Shown here in pieces: positions 17,784 to 27,466 of a stretch of 56,097 nt of DNA; position 1 is the stretch's first letter; each line of letters begins with the position of its first letter. Source of the DNA: Christensenella sp. UBA4247 (GTDB lineage: Bacteria; Bacillota; Clostridia; Christensenellales; CAG-1252); assembly GCA_002395405.1 (NCBI GenBank), contig DGWX01000040.1:1-56097 (forward strand), written 5' to 3'. Both the position numbers and the translations under genes were made by a program. The notes under the pieces were generated by a model, which made no database searches, was not told the DNA's origin, and was given only the letters and a program-made list of their open reading frames with translations.

Positions 17784-18982
17784 AACCGCTTTACGACGCC
17801 GTAAGAAAATACGCCAAAGTGAAAGGGCGCTTTCATATGCCCTCTCACGGCGGGTTTCATCGCGCTCTCTTTCGGGCTGAAAGAGGGCGTCTTTACGCGT
17901 CTTCCGCTTTTGACGTGACCGAGCTGTCTTTTTCGGACAATCTTGCGTCCCCGGGCGGCGTGATCTTGCAGGCGGAAAAAGAGGCGGCAAGGTGTTACGG
18001 CGCCGAGCGTACGCTTTTTTTCGCGGGCGGGGCAACGGACGCCGTGGACGCCGCGCTTCTCGTCTTTCGCGACCAAAAGATCGCCTTTCTCGGCGATATG
18101 CATAAGAGTTTCCACGCCGCGGTCGAACTATACGGACTGCGCGTTTTATACGCTCCCTCTCTTTCTTCTCTCGAAAAGGAAGAATTCGGGTTGCTTTGCG
18201 TTACTTCGCCCGATTATTACGGGGTCGTTCGAGATCTTCCCGAAATCGCGGCGTTTTGCAAAAGGAAAAAAGCGGCGCTTCTTTGCGACGAAGCGCACGG
18301 CGCGCATTTCGCGTTTAGTCCGCTTCTGCCCGAAAGCGCCGTTCGATATGCCGATCTCGTCGTTCACGGAATGCATAAGACGCTTCCCGTTTATACGGGC
18401 GGCGCGCTTTTACACGTAAAAGAGGAATATTACGATCGGGCGGTCGCGGCGCGCGCGAAATGTATTTCCACGAGCCCTTCCTATCTCGTTATGTCGTCTA
18501 TGGACTTCGCGCGAGATCTTTTCGAGCGAAAGGGAAAAGGGTATTACGAAAGAATCAAAAAGAAGATCGAGAAGCTGAAAAAGAAATATCCCTCCGTATC
18601 TCTCCTTCCCGCAGACGATTTCACCAGACTGACGATCCTTGCGGAAAATAGAGGCATTGCCCTTTCTTCTTATATGGAAAGAAAGGGGATCTATGCCGAA
18701 GCCGCGAGCGCAAACAGGGTAACTTTGATCGTAACGCCGTTTAATCGGCGCTATCTGGATCGCGCGTTTCGATTGGCGTCTTCCTTTCGCGGGGAAAACC
18801 CGAAAAATGCGGATTTGTCCGAACTCATCGGGAAAATAAGCGCAAACGACGTGGGCGTGTATCCGCCGGGCGTTCCGGTGGTCAGGGCGGGAGAAGTGAT
18901 CTCGGAGAGCGCCGCCCGCATACTCGAAGCGAATTTAGATAGACTTTTCGGCACTGTGGGTGGTAAAATAAAAACGAAATGA
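17780..18982 (+). CDS. Orn/Lys/Arg decarboxylase-family PLP enzyme (YaaO-like)
   Basis: Start reassigned to GTG 17780 (GTGA overlap); FHMPSH, DEAHGAH, HKTLP, STSPSY, YPPGVP. Confidence 0.88.
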   Translation: MKPLYDAVRKYAKVKGRFHMPSHGGFHRALFRAERGRLYASSAFDVTELSFSDNLASPGGVILQAEKEAARCYGAERTLFFAGGATDAVDAALLVFRDQKIAFLGDMHKSFHAAVELYGLRVLYAPSLSSLEKEEFGLLCVTSPDYYGVVRDLPEIAAFCKRKKAALLCDEAHGAHFAFSPLLPESAVRYADLVVHGMHKTLPVYTGGALLHVKEEYYDRAVAARAKCISTSPSYLVMSSMDFARDLFERKGKGYYERIKKKIEKLKKKYPSVSLLPADDFTRLTILAENRGIALSSYMERKGIYAEAASANRVTLIVTPFNRRYLDRAFRLASSFRGENPKNADLSELIGKISANDVGVYPPGVPVVRAGEVISESAARILEANLDRLFGTVGGKIKTK

Positions 18983-19956
18983 AGGAAAAATTGCGTTACG
19001 AAACGGAAGTTCGGGCGTCGTCCGCCTTTCGCTCCATAGAATCGGATATCCGTCGCGGAGAGTTTTCGCACGCGTATTTTATTCTTTCGGAAGATAAAGA
19101 CGCGATCGATACTTTATTTTCTTTGATCGCTATGCGAGCGTATTGCGATACGGCTTGCGGAGAATGCAAGGAATGCAGGAAGATCCTGCTCCGTTCCAAA
19201 CCGGACGTAAAGTATCTTGCCGAAGGGACGGAGAATTTCTCGGTAAAAGAAATGAGCGACGTGATCGAAGACGCGGGCTTGACCTCTTTCGAAGGGGGCA
19301 AAAAGCTATATTTTTTCAAAAATTTCGAATGCGTGTCCGAGGCGTCGCAAAATAAATTCTTAAAAACGCTCGAAGAGCCTTTTCCCGGCGTTCATTTTAT
19401 TATGAGCGCTTCTTCCTCCGCGACCGTTCTTCCCACCGTTCTTTCACGTGTAAAACAGGTCGTTTTGTCTGCGTTTTCCGAAGAAAGCGTTAAAAACGGG
19501 CTGCTTGCGGACGGGGTGGAACCATCGAGAGCGGAGCGCGGCGCAAGATTGTCGCAAGGAAGTTTTACGCGGGCGCGCGCCTTTGCGTCCGACGAAGATT
19601 TCGCGCGGCACGCGAGCGAAGCGGTCGAGCTGCTGCTCGGGCTGAAAAGCAGCGCGGACGTGCATACTTACTTAAAATCCCCTCTCTTTTCCAAGGAGAG
19701 ATTTTTAGAAACGATCGGAATGATCGAGCTTATTCTGACGGACGTCGTTCGATCACATCTTTCTCTCCCGATCTCCCTCGTTGAGCGGAAGCAGGACGTG
19801 GAGGCGATCGCGGATATGTACTCCGCGACGGCGGCGGGCGAGGCGCTGGACCTTTGCCTGAAATGCCGCGCAAGGTTGAAAGCGAATTGCGTGGGGGCAA
19901 ACGTAGCGGATTACTTAATGCTGAAACTTGTGGAGGTAAAATACAAATGCCGATGA
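18979..19956 (+). CDS. holB: DNA polymerase III subunit delta'
   Basis: SHAY, C..ACGECKEC, QNKFLKTLEEP, LPTVLSR; synteny with yaaO and yaaT. Confidence 0.9.
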   Translation: MKEKLRYETEVRASSAFRSIESDIRRGEFSHAYFILSEDKDAIDTLFSLIAMRAYCDTACGECKECRKILLRSKPDVKYLAEGTENFSVKEMSDVIEDAGLTSFEGGKKLYFFKNFECVSEASQNKFLKTLEEPFPGVHFIMSASSSATVLPTVLSRVKQVVLSAFSEESVKNGLLADGVEPSRAERGARLSQGSFTRARAFASDEDFARHASEAVELLLGLKSSADVHTYLKSPLFSKERFLETIGMIELILTDVVRSHLSLPISLVERKQDVEAIADMYSATAAGEALDLCLKCRARLKANCVGANVADYLMLKLVEVKYKCR

Positions 19957-20807
19957 TCGTTGGCGTAAAATTCGATAATAATTGCAAAACCTATTCTTTC
20001 GATCCCGGAAGCGACGTTTTTGCCGTGGGCGACGTCGTCGTCGTGGATACCGCGAAAGGGCAGGAAATGGGGCAGATCGTTCGCGCGAACGAGGAAGTTT
20101 CGGAAGAAAACTGCCCGAAAGAGTTGAAAAAAGTTTTGCGGAAAGCGACGTATCGCGATTTCGAGCTTGCGAAAAAAGCGAAGGAATCCGAACCGCGCGC
20201 CTTGGAAACCGCGCGCGATAAAGCGATCGCGCTCGGCTTAAAGCTCAAATTCATCTCCGCCGAAGTGTCTTTCGATTGCAAAAAGGTCGTTTTGTACTTT
20301 ACGGCGGAAGAAAGAGTGGATTTCCGCGATCTCGTAAAGGAACTCGCAAGCGCGCTTCGCGCCCGCATCGAGCTCAGACAGCTTTACGAAAGAGACGACG
20401 TTAAGCTGCGCGGCGCGCTCGGAATGTGCGGCAGGGAATGCTGTTGCCGCGCGTATTTGAAGGACTTCGAAAAGGTTACGGTCAAAATGGCGAAGGTGCA
20501 GGGGCTTTCTTTGAACCCCACCAAGATCAGCGGGATCTGCGGCAAGCTGATGTGTTGCTTGAAGTACGAAAACGATTACTATTCCGAAGTTTATAAATTG
20601 ATGCCCAAAGTCAATTCCAAGGTCATGACGCCGGACGGACCCGCCGTCGTGGAATCGAACGATATGCTGAAAAAGATCGTAACGTGTAAGGTTTTTGTGG
20701 ACGATACGTATGTGATCAAAAAGTTCCCCGTGGAGGAGATCCGCCAAAATAAAGCGCAGCAGGGCGGAAAGGGCAAAGAAGAAGAGGCGGACGATACGGA
20801 CGAATAA
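19947..20807 (+). CDS. ricT: PSP1-domain protein RicT/YaaT
   Basis: RVDFRDLVKELA, G.CGRECCC, LNPTKISGICGKLMCCLKYE; GGAGG SD. Confidence 0.92.
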   Translation: MPMIVGVKFDNNCKTYSFDPGSDVFAVGDVVVVDTAKGQEMGQIVRANEEVSEENCPKELKKVLRKATYRDFELAKKAKESEPRALETARDKAIALGLKLKFISAEVSFDCKKVVLYFTAEERVDFRDLVKELASALRARIELRQLYERDDVKLRGALGMCGRECCCRAYLKDFEKVTVKMAKVQGLSLNPTKISGICGKLMCCLKYENDYYSEVYKLMPKVNSKVMTPDGPAVVESNDMLKKIVTCKVFVDDTYVIKKFPVEEIRQNKAQQGGKGKEEEADDTDE

Positions 20808-20831
20808 GCGCCGCGGATGGATCGAAAACGC

Positions 20832-20866
20832 AAAAAAAAAGGAGAGGCAAGCTCTCCTTTTTTTTT
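20832..20866. terminator. Bidirectional terminator
   Basis: A9-GGAGAG-GCAAG-CTCTCC-T9 between convergent genes. Confidence 0.85.
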
Positions 20867-20873
20867 AGATAGA

Positions 20874-22313
20874 TTACAGCGTAACGCCCGTTTTCATTAA
20901 AGCGATCTGTTTGTCGCCTCGCTTTTCTCCGCTCGTCAGCGCGCCTTCCACGGTGTCGAGCAGAAGGTCGTACAGAGCGAAAGCCGCCTCGTCCATACTG
21001 CGACCGTCCAAGGTGTCGCCGGCGTTGAAATCGATCCAACCGCTCTTTTTTAGGGCGAGAGGGGTATTGGAAGAGATTTTGAGGGTCGGAACGACGGAAC
21101 CGAGCGGCGTTCCCCGCCCCGTGGAGAACATAATGGCGTTCGCGCCCGCCGCGGCGAGGGTGGTGCAGGCGATAATGTCGTTGCCCGGGCTTTCGATAAC
21201 GCTGAGCCCCGACTCGGTCGCGCGTTCGAGCTCGGAAAGAACGGCTTTGACTTCGCCTTTTCCCGATTTTTGAACGCAGCCGAGCGATTTTTCTTCCAGC
21301 GTCGTAATGCCGCCTTTTTTATTGCCCGGCGAGGGATTCTCATACACGTTTACGCCGTGCGATCCGTAAAACTCTTTCCATTTGTTTACGAGAGCGGCGA
21401 TATCCGAAAAAACTTTCTCGTCCTTCGCGCGCTGCATCAAGGTGATTTCCGCGCCGAATACTTCGGGCGTTTCCGCGAGAACGACTTTCGCGCCCGCGCT
21501 TTCGAGAAGGTCGGCGACTCTTCCGATAAGATAGTTCGCCGTAATGCCCGAGAACCCGTCGCTTCCGCCGCATTTTACGCCGAACGTAAGGGAAGAAAGC
21601 GGGGTTTTCGTCCGTTTGTCTTTCGAGGCGACCGCATAGAGCTCTTCGAGCAGTTTCAGCCCTTCCTCTTCTTCGTCCGGAACGTCCTGCGCGACAAGGA
21701 AACGAACGCGCTTTCCGTCCGGAACGAGGGTGCGGAGATCTTCCATTCGGTTCTCTTCGCAGCCGAGCCCGAGGAACAGGGCGCCGCCGCAGTTTCCGTT
21801 CTTCGCGAGATTCACGAGCATCGTGCGGGTGCGGGTAAGATCGTCGCCGAGTTCGGAGCAACCCACTCGATGGGTCAGAACGACGACGTCGTCCACCTTC
21901 ATATCCGTTGCGTGTTTTTCCTTAAAGGCGCGCGCGATATTCTCCGCGCTGTTTGCGATACAGCCTACCGTCGGAACGATATAAAGCTCGTTTCTCGCGC
22001 CGGCAACGCCGTTCCCTCTGTCATACGCCATAACGGAGTCTCTTTCGGGGCGCGCGGGAAGGGGCGGAAGGATCTTTTCGTAGGTATAGCTGAGAGCGTC
22101 CGCAGTCAGGGCGCTTTGGAGATTGTGGGTATGTACGAAATCTCCCTTTTTAATATCTTGCGTGGCAACGCCGATCGGGTAACCGTACTTAACGACTTTT
22201 TCTCCCTTTTTGATGTCGCGGAGGGCGATCTTATGCCCCATCGGGATCTCTCCGAGCGGCTTTTTCAAAACGCCTACGTTGTCTTTTTCGTTTAAGATAA
22301 TGAGATCGCTCAT
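20874..22313 (-). CDS. uxaA: Altronate dehydratase
   Basis: N-terminal SAF domain (GHKIAL..I..GE.VVKYG), PTVGC, KCGGSDGFSGITAN, STGRGTP. Confidence 0.93.
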   Translation of the reverse strand: MSDLIILNEKDNVGVLKKPLGEIPMGHKIALRDIKKGEKVVKYGYPIGVATQDIKKGDFVHTHNLQSALTADALSYTYEKILPPLPARPERDSVMAYDRGNGVAGARNELYIVPTVGCIANSAENIARAFKEKHATDMKVDDVVVLTHRVGCSELGDDLTRTRTMLVNLAKNGNCGGALFLGLGCEENRMEDLRTLVPDGKRVRFLVAQDVPDEEEEGLKLLEELYAVASKDKRTKTPLSSLTFGVKCGGSDGFSGITANYLIGRVADLLESAGAKVVLAETPEVFGAEITLMQRAKDEKVFSDIAALVNKWKEFYGSHGVNVYENPSPGNKKGGITTLEEKSLGCVQKSGKGEVKAVLSELERATESGLSVIESPGNDIIACTTLAAAGANAIMFSTGRGTPLGSVVPTLKISSNTPLALKKSGWIDFNAGDTLDGRSMDEAAFALYDLLLDTVEGALTSGEKRGDKQIALMKTGVTL

Positions 22314-23653
22314 AAGGTTTTCAAAGTTTCGCGAATCTTACCGTTTTTGATCGCTTTGACGTAATCGACGGAAGAAGTAAACGCGCCTTCCGTTTCTTCG
22401 AGGTCCTGACCCCAGAAGGAAGAATTACGGATAAAGGCTTCGTATTTTTCTTCGGTGGGAAGTTTTTCGGCGAAGAACGCTTTGACGGAATCTCCGTCGT
22501 TGATCGCGAAAGAGGGATCGTCATACAGGCAGAAGAGAGCGGCGAGGGCAAACAGCATATGCTTGCGGTTTGCTTTGTCGGCTGCGAGGAAGGAGGGCAA
22601 AAGTCTCGTTTTCCATTTCGAAACGCTGTTTAAGATAATAGAGGTAAACAGGTGATCGATGTAGGGGTTGGAGAAACGCTCCAAAACGTCGTTTTTGAAT
22701 TTGAGAAGCGCGGTTTTGTCCATTTGGATCGTGGGGATGATCTCCTTATCCGCAAGGTCGTTTGCATATCGGAAGAGATCCTTGTCGTTTACGGCGTCGC
22801 GAACGATCTCCACGCCCGACAAAAGGGAGATGGGCGCGAGAGCGGTGTGAAGCCCGTTCAGGATCTTGACCTTTCTTTCGCGATAGGGCTTAACGTCTGC
22901 GGTAAAGATAACGCGCGGATCTTTAAGGAAGGGGAGTTTCTCCGCGAGCGCTTTGTCTCCTTCGATCACGAGGGACAGGAAAGCTTCGCCCACGGTAAGA
23001 AGGGGATCTTCTTCGCCGATCTTCGCGAAATGCTCCGCCGCGTTCGCTCTCGGGAATCCCGGAACGATCTTATCCACGAGGGTATTATAAGTCGGAATGC
23101 TTTCCACGAAGCTCTCGAAATCGGCGCCGAGGTTCCACATTTTCGCGTATTGCAAAACGTACGATTTTAAGGTTTCGCCGTTCTTTTCGATGAGCTCCAA
23201 GGGCAGGAGTTCCACCTTTCCTTTTTCGCCGTAAGCCTTAAAGCGGGCGTAAAGGATCTTGGTGATCTTTGCGGGGAAAGTTCCGAGATCGCCGTCGAAA
23301 CGATCCGCCGCGTTGAACGCGATCCCCGCTTCGGTCGTGTTGCTGATGATAACTTTCAGTTCGGGATCGAGATAGGCTTTTTCGTAGCGGTCGAATTCAC
23401 GATAGGGGTTTACGCAATCTTTTACGACGGTTACGAGGGTATAATCGTTTACCGCTTTCCCGTCCACCTTGCCGCAAACGCAGGTATGATACACGCAGTT
23501 TCTCTTGCGGAAATTCTCCCAATAGGGATTGTCGATCGGGGTTACGAGAACGACCGTCTCGCCGTCTCCCGACGCGTTTTGCCTGAGCTGGATCAAATAA
23601 TCGATAAAACTGCGAATGAAATTTCCTTCTCCGAATTGTAAAACGGTTGCCAT
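22310..23653 (-). CDS. uxaB: Tagaturonate reductase (altronate oxidoreductase)
   Basis: VLQFGEGNFIR, ISNTTEAGI, NTLVDKIVPG, RKVKILNG.HT, RF.NPYIDH. Confidence 0.93.
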   Translation of the reverse strand: MATVLQFGEGNFIRSFIDYLIQLRQNASGDGETVVLVTPIDNPYWENFRKRNCVYHTCVCGKVDGKAVNDYTLVTVVKDCVNPYREFDRYEKAYLDPELKVIISNTTEAGIAFNAADRFDGDLGTFPAKITKILYARFKAYGEKGKVELLPLELIEKNGETLKSYVLQYAKMWNLGADFESFVESIPTYNTLVDKIVPGFPRANAAEHFAKIGEEDPLLTVGEAFLSLVIEGDKALAEKLPFLKDPRVIFTADVKPYRERKVKILNGLHTALAPISLLSGVEIVRDAVNDKDLFRYANDLADKEIIPTIQMDKTALLKFKNDVLERFSNPYIDHLFTSIILNSVSKWKTRLLPSFLAADKANRKHMLFALAALFCLYDDPSFAINDGDSVKAFFAEKLPTEEKYEAFIRNSSFWGQDLEETEGAFTSSVDYVKAIKNGKIRETLKTL

Positions 23654-23692
23654 AAAATAAAACGATCTCCTTATAGTAGTTTTATTACAAGC

Positions 23693-23722
23693 ATTATACT
23701 ACTTTCCCTTATCTTTTTACAA
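23693..23722 (-). promoter_or_regulatory. Sigma-A promoter of uxaBA
   Basis: TTGTAA-18-TATAAT on the minus strand. Confidence 0.55.
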
Positions 23723-23867
23723 GTGAAATATAAGCAAAGAAAAACTCTTGCGCCGCCCCCGCGCGCTTTTTCGACAAGGAAATAAAAACGGATCGCGGCG
23801 AAAAAGAAATGTTATATATCGTTCAAAGTTTATAAAAAATCGTCAAATCGAGATAACGCGCTATTTC

Positions 23868-23897
23868 TTGACCGAAAAGGCACATTTTTTGTACCAT
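23868..23897 (+). promoter_or_regulatory. Sigma-A promoter of radC (probably leaderless)
   Basis: TTGACC-18-TACCAT, 6 nt before the ATG; no SD. Confidence 0.6.
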
Positions 23898-23903
23898 TTT
23901 TCT

Positions 23904-24641
23904 ATGGAATATTTACACGAAGGACATAGGGAGCGGCTTCGAAACAAGCTTCGTCGGTTTGGGCTTTCCGGGCTTGAAGACCACGAAAAGCTCGAATATC
24001 TTTTGTTCCCCTTCGTCCCTCGCCGCGATACGAATCCGATCGCGCACGAACTCATCGATACTTTCGGTTCTTTCAAAAGAGTTCTGGACGCGGACGTGGA
24101 AGATCTGATCCGCGTAAAAGGGATCAGCGAAAACGCCGCTTTGTTCTTACACCTTCTTCCGCAGATCTTAACGGCGTATGAAACGAGCGAAGGCAAAAGA
24201 AAATTCGCCAGTTCGCAGGACGTGGTCGCGTATTGTCAAGGGAAGATCGGTAGGGAAGAAACCGAGCATCTTTTGATCCTTTTCCTGTCCGAATGCGGAA
24301 CGCTGATCAAGGAATTTAACTATACTTCGGAAAAGACGAACGCGATTTATTTCGATCGTCTCAAAATCGCGCAAAAGGCTTTGCAGTGTCACGCGGATAC
24401 CGTCGTTCTCGCGCATAATCACCCGAGCGGATTCGTGGCGCCGAGTCAGGAAGACGTCGCGTACACGAATCAAGTCGTCCGCGCGCTCGGAGCGGTAAAT
24501 ATTCATTTGTGGAATCATTATATCGTAACGGCGCGCGACGTGTACGATATGGGTTCGGAGAATAAGATCGAGCCTTGCGAATTCGAAGAGTCGATCGGAA
24601 AGCGAAGATTGAAAAAATCCGTTGCCGATCCCGAATCCTAA
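23904..24641 (+). CDS. radC: RadC (JAB/MPN domain) protein
   Basis: HEGHRERLR, PRRDTNPIAHELI..FGS, HhH (VKGISE), AHNHPSG...PS.ED. Confidence 0.92.
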   Translation: MEYLHEGHRERLRNKLRRFGLSGLEDHEKLEYLLFPFVPRRDTNPIAHELIDTFGSFKRVLDADVEDLIRVKGISENAALFLHLLPQILTAYETSEGKRKFASSQDVVAYCQGKIGREETEHLLILFLSECGTLIKEFNYTSEKTNAIYFDRLKIAQKALQCHADTVVLAHNHPSGFVAPSQEDVAYTNQVVRALGAVNIHLWNHYIVTARDVYDMGSENKIEPCEFEESIGKRRLKKSVADPES

Positions 24642-24826
24642 GCAAAGAACGATTTATTATGAAAGATCAAGAGCGCTTTTCCGCGCTTTTTTTTATGCGG
24701 AGCGAGAAACTTTCCCCTCATAAACTTATACTTGATTCGATCTCCCGCTATACTGTATAATGAAAGCGCCGTAAAGGCAAGACCCGAAAAGAGGAAAGAG
24801 CGTTTCGTCGGGTCAAAGGAGCATAT

Positions 24827-25837
24827 ATGAAAGTTTTCGTAACGGGAGGAGCCGGATATATCGGCAGCCATACCGCCGTTGAGCTGCTCGCGGCGGGCCA
24901 CGAAGTCGTGATCGCGGATAATTTATCGAACGGAAGTCTCGTCGCCGTAAAGCGCGTGGAAGAGATAACGGGGAAATCCGTTCGATTTTACGAGGCGGAC
25001 GTTTGCGACAAAAGCGCGATGAGGCGCATTTTCGAAGAGAACGAGATCGACCTCGTGATCCATTTTGCGGGGCTGAAAGCGGTGGGCGAGAGCGTGGAAA
25101 TGCCCGTTCGCTATTATCGCAATAATTTGGACAGCACGTTGACTTTGCTCGAAGTGATGAAGGAAAAAGGGGTCAAAAAGATTGTGTTTTCCTCGTCCGC
25201 AACGGTTTACGGAGATCCCGCGTCCCTTCCCGTTCGGGAGGATTTTCCTTTATCCACGACCAATCCGTACGGAACGACCAAATTGTTTATCGAACGCATT
25301 TTAACGGACGCCGCGGCTGCGGATAAAGATCTCAGCGTCGTTATCCTTCGCTATTTTAACCCCGTCGGGGCGCACGAAAGCGGGCTGATCGGGGAAGATC
25401 CCGTCGGGATCCCGAACAATCTTACGCCGTATATCGCGCGCGTCGCTTCGGGGGATCTTCCTTTCGTGCGCGTGTTCGGCTCGGATTACGATACGAAAGA
25501 CGGAACGGGCGTTCGCGATTATATCCACGTCGTGGATCTCGCGAAAGGACACGTTGCCGCGCTCTCCAAGCTCTCGGAAAAAGGCGTGTTCGTATATAAC
25601 CTCGGAACGGGGGTCGGCTATTCGGTGCTGGACGTGATCCGCGCGTTTGAAAAAGCCTGCGGGAAAAAACTCCCCGTCGTTATGGCGCCGCGCCGCGCGG
25701 GCGACATCGCCGCGGTTTACGCAAGCGCGGAAAAGGCGAAGCGCGAACTCGGCTGGGAAGCGAAGCTCGATATAGACGATATGTGTAAGAGTCTTTGGAA
25801 TTTCAGAGTAAAGAACCCCAAAGGCTACGAGCAGTAA
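24827..25837 (+). CDS. galE: UDP-glucose 4-epimerase
   Basis: GGAGYIGSH, HFAGLKAVGES, FSSSATVYG, YGTTK, GTGVRDYIHVVDLA. Confidence 0.96.
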   Translation: MKVFVTGGAGYIGSHTAVELLAAGHEVVIADNLSNGSLVAVKRVEEITGKSVRFYEADVCDKSAMRRIFEENEIDLVIHFAGLKAVGESVEMPVRYYRNNLDSTLTLLEVMKEKGVKKIVFSSSATVYGDPASLPVREDFPLSTTNPYGTTKLFIERILTDAAAADKDLSVVILRYFNPVGAHESGLIGEDPVGIPNNLTPYIARVASGDLPFVRVFGSDYDTKDGTGVRDYIHVVDLAKGHVAALSKLSEKGVFVYNLGTGVGYSVLDVIRAFEKACGKKLPVVMAPRRAGDIAAVYASAEKAKRELGWEAKLDIDDMCKSLWNFRVKNPKGYEQ

Positions 25838-25846
25838 GGAGAAAAA

Positions 25847-27127
25847 ATGGCTGCGAAAAAAGCGAATTCGGGCGGCGGAAAAAGAGGGGCGGGTCCCTCG
25901 AACAAAAGCGTCGGAGCGAGCGTTCGGAAGAAGGCGATCAAAGCCGCGAAAAAGAATAAAAAAGTCGCGATCGCGCTCGTCGTCGTTTTGTTGATCATCG
26001 TCGTGGCGGCGGTCGTACTGTACTTTACGGTCGATCCCGTTCGAAACGCCGTGCAAAAGTTCATCGCGAGCGTAACTTCGCCCGCGGAGCAAACGGCCGG
26101 CGGCGGAGAGGGCGTGCCCAAAGCTTCGACTTACGGAGACAAAGACCTTTCCTTTCACTTTTTGGAACTCGGGAACAATTATACGGGCGACAGCACGTAC
26201 ATAAAAGCGGGCGACGTGGATATTTTGATCGACGCCGGCTCCCGCTACGGTTCTTCCGCGGCGATCGCCTCTTACGTGGACCACTATTGCACGGACGGCA
26301 AGCTGGAATTCGTCATCGCGACGCACGCGCATCAAGATCATATCGCCGGCTTTTACGGAACGAAAAGCGCGCCCGGCATTTTCGCGCGATACGAATGCGA
26401 GACGATTATAGATTTTGCGCAAACGAACGCCTCTTCGGGCGTATATAACAATTACGTTTCCGCCCGAGACAAGGAAGTTTCGGAAGGGGGCGCGAAGCAT
26501 TATACCGCGCTCGAATGCTATAACGAAGAAAAAGGCGCGAGCCGCACTTATTCTCTCGGCGAGGGCATGAGTATGACGATCTTATATCAGCGCTTTTACG
26601 AGGAAAAGACTTCGGACGAGAACGATTATTCCGTTTGCGTGCTTTTCAATCACGGAGAGAATTATTATCTCTTTACCGGCGACCTCGAAAAGGACGGAGA
26701 GGAATCCCTCGTTCAACGTAACGACCTTCCCGAAGTACAGCTTTTCAAGGCGGGGCATCACGGATCCTATACCGCTTCCACCGATCGCTTGCTTTCCGTT
26801 ATCCGCCCGAAGATTGTGTGCGTTTGTTGCTGCGCGGGCGCGGTGGAGTACACGCAGAATCAAGACAATACTTTTCCCTCGCAAGCCTTCGTGGACCGCG
26901 TGGCTCCTTATACGGCGAAAGTATATGTAACGACGGTCGGTTCGGTGGAATACGATGAAGAAAAGAAAAAGTACGTCGACGTCGGTTTCGCCTCTATGAA
27001 CGGCGTGATCACGGTTTTGAGTTCGGCGGGCAAAGTTACGGTCAGCTGCTCGAATAACGATACGCTCTTAAAGGATACCGAGTGGTTCAAAACCCATCGG
27101 CGAACGCCGGCTGCGTGGGCGAGCTGA
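25847..27127 (+). CDS. Membrane-anchored ComEC/Rec2-type MBL-fold metallo-hydrolase
   Basis: Basic N-terminus + TM; LIDAG, THAHQDH, NDYS, FTGD, GHHGS; lacks the ComEC channel domain. Confidence 0.85.
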   Translation: MAAKKANSGGGKRGAGPSNKSVGASVRKKAIKAAKKNKKVAIALVVVLLIIVVAAVVLYFTVDPVRNAVQKFIASVTSPAEQTAGGGEGVPKASTYGDKDLSFHFLELGNNYTGDSTYIKAGDVDILIDAGSRYGSSAAIASYVDHYCTDGKLEFVIATHAHQDHIAGFYGTKSAPGIFARYECETIIDFAQTNASSGVYNNYVSARDKEVSEGGAKHYTALECYNEEKGASRTYSLGEGMSMTILYQRFYEEKTSDENDYSVCVLFNHGENYYLFTGDLEKDGEESLVQRNDLPEVQLFKAGHHGSYTASTDRLLSVIRPKIVCVCCCAGAVEYTQNQDNTFPSQAFVDRVAPYTAKVYVTTVGSVEYDEEKKKYVDVGFASMNGVITVLSSAGKVTVSCSNNDTLLKDTEWFKTHRRTPAAWAS

Positions 27128-27135
27128 AAAAATGC

Positions 27136-27164
27136 TTGCAAGGCGCGCTGCGCGGTGATATAAT
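27136..27164 (+). promoter_or_regulatory. Sigma-A promoter (small membrane gene, leader peptide and aro operon)
   Basis: TTGCAA-17-TATAAT with TGn. Confidence 0.75.
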
Positions 27165-27194
27165 CGAATTATCAAGAACAAAAGGAGAATCAAA

Positions 27195-27407
27195 ATGGCT
27201 AAGAATTCGGCTTCTTACGGTTTTGGCAGGATCATCAATATCATTCTTGCGATCTTCCCGCTGACGAATATCATCTTCGGCGTTATCAAGCGCGCGGAAA
27301 AGAAAAATTGGCTCGGCGTTATCTTAAACATCGTGCTGTTCTTCATCTTCTACTGGGTGGATCTCGTTACGGTCATCCTGTACGATCAGTTGAAACTTTG
27401 CATCTGA
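27195..27407 (+). CDS. Small membrane protein, 70 aa (TM2-like C-terminus)
   Basis: AAGGAG SD; hydrophobic helices; FYWVDLVTVIL resembles the TM2-domain W.vDli.il motif. Confidence 0.75.
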   Translation: MAKNSASYGFGRIINIILAIFPLTNIIFGVIKRAEKKNWLGVILNIVLFFIFYWVDLVTVILYDQLKLCI

Positions 27408-27409
27408 GT

Positions 27410-27466
27410 ATGAAAAAGCAAAATCTCTTTTATTACGCATATTACTTTTTCGCGGATCTTCAATAG
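27410..27466 (+). CDS. Phe/Tyr-rich attenuator leader peptide MKKQNLFYYAYYFFADLQ (18 aa); not in ORF track
   Basis: 7 of 8 consecutive codons are Phe/Tyr (TTT TAT TAC GCA TAT TAC TTT TTC); directly upstream of a terminator and aroF. Confidence 0.85.
   Translation: MKKQNLFYYAYYFFADLQ

Noticed and set aside
23685-23723. TTACAAG direct repeat in the uxaBA promoter considered as an operator
   Set aside because: Only 7 bp, one copy is the -35 box itself, and no cognate regulator is in the window
23904-27127. radC plus ComEC-like MBL gene considered as a competence or mobile module
   Set aside because: Separated by galE with its own promoter; no channel domain, pilus, integrase or other mobility genes
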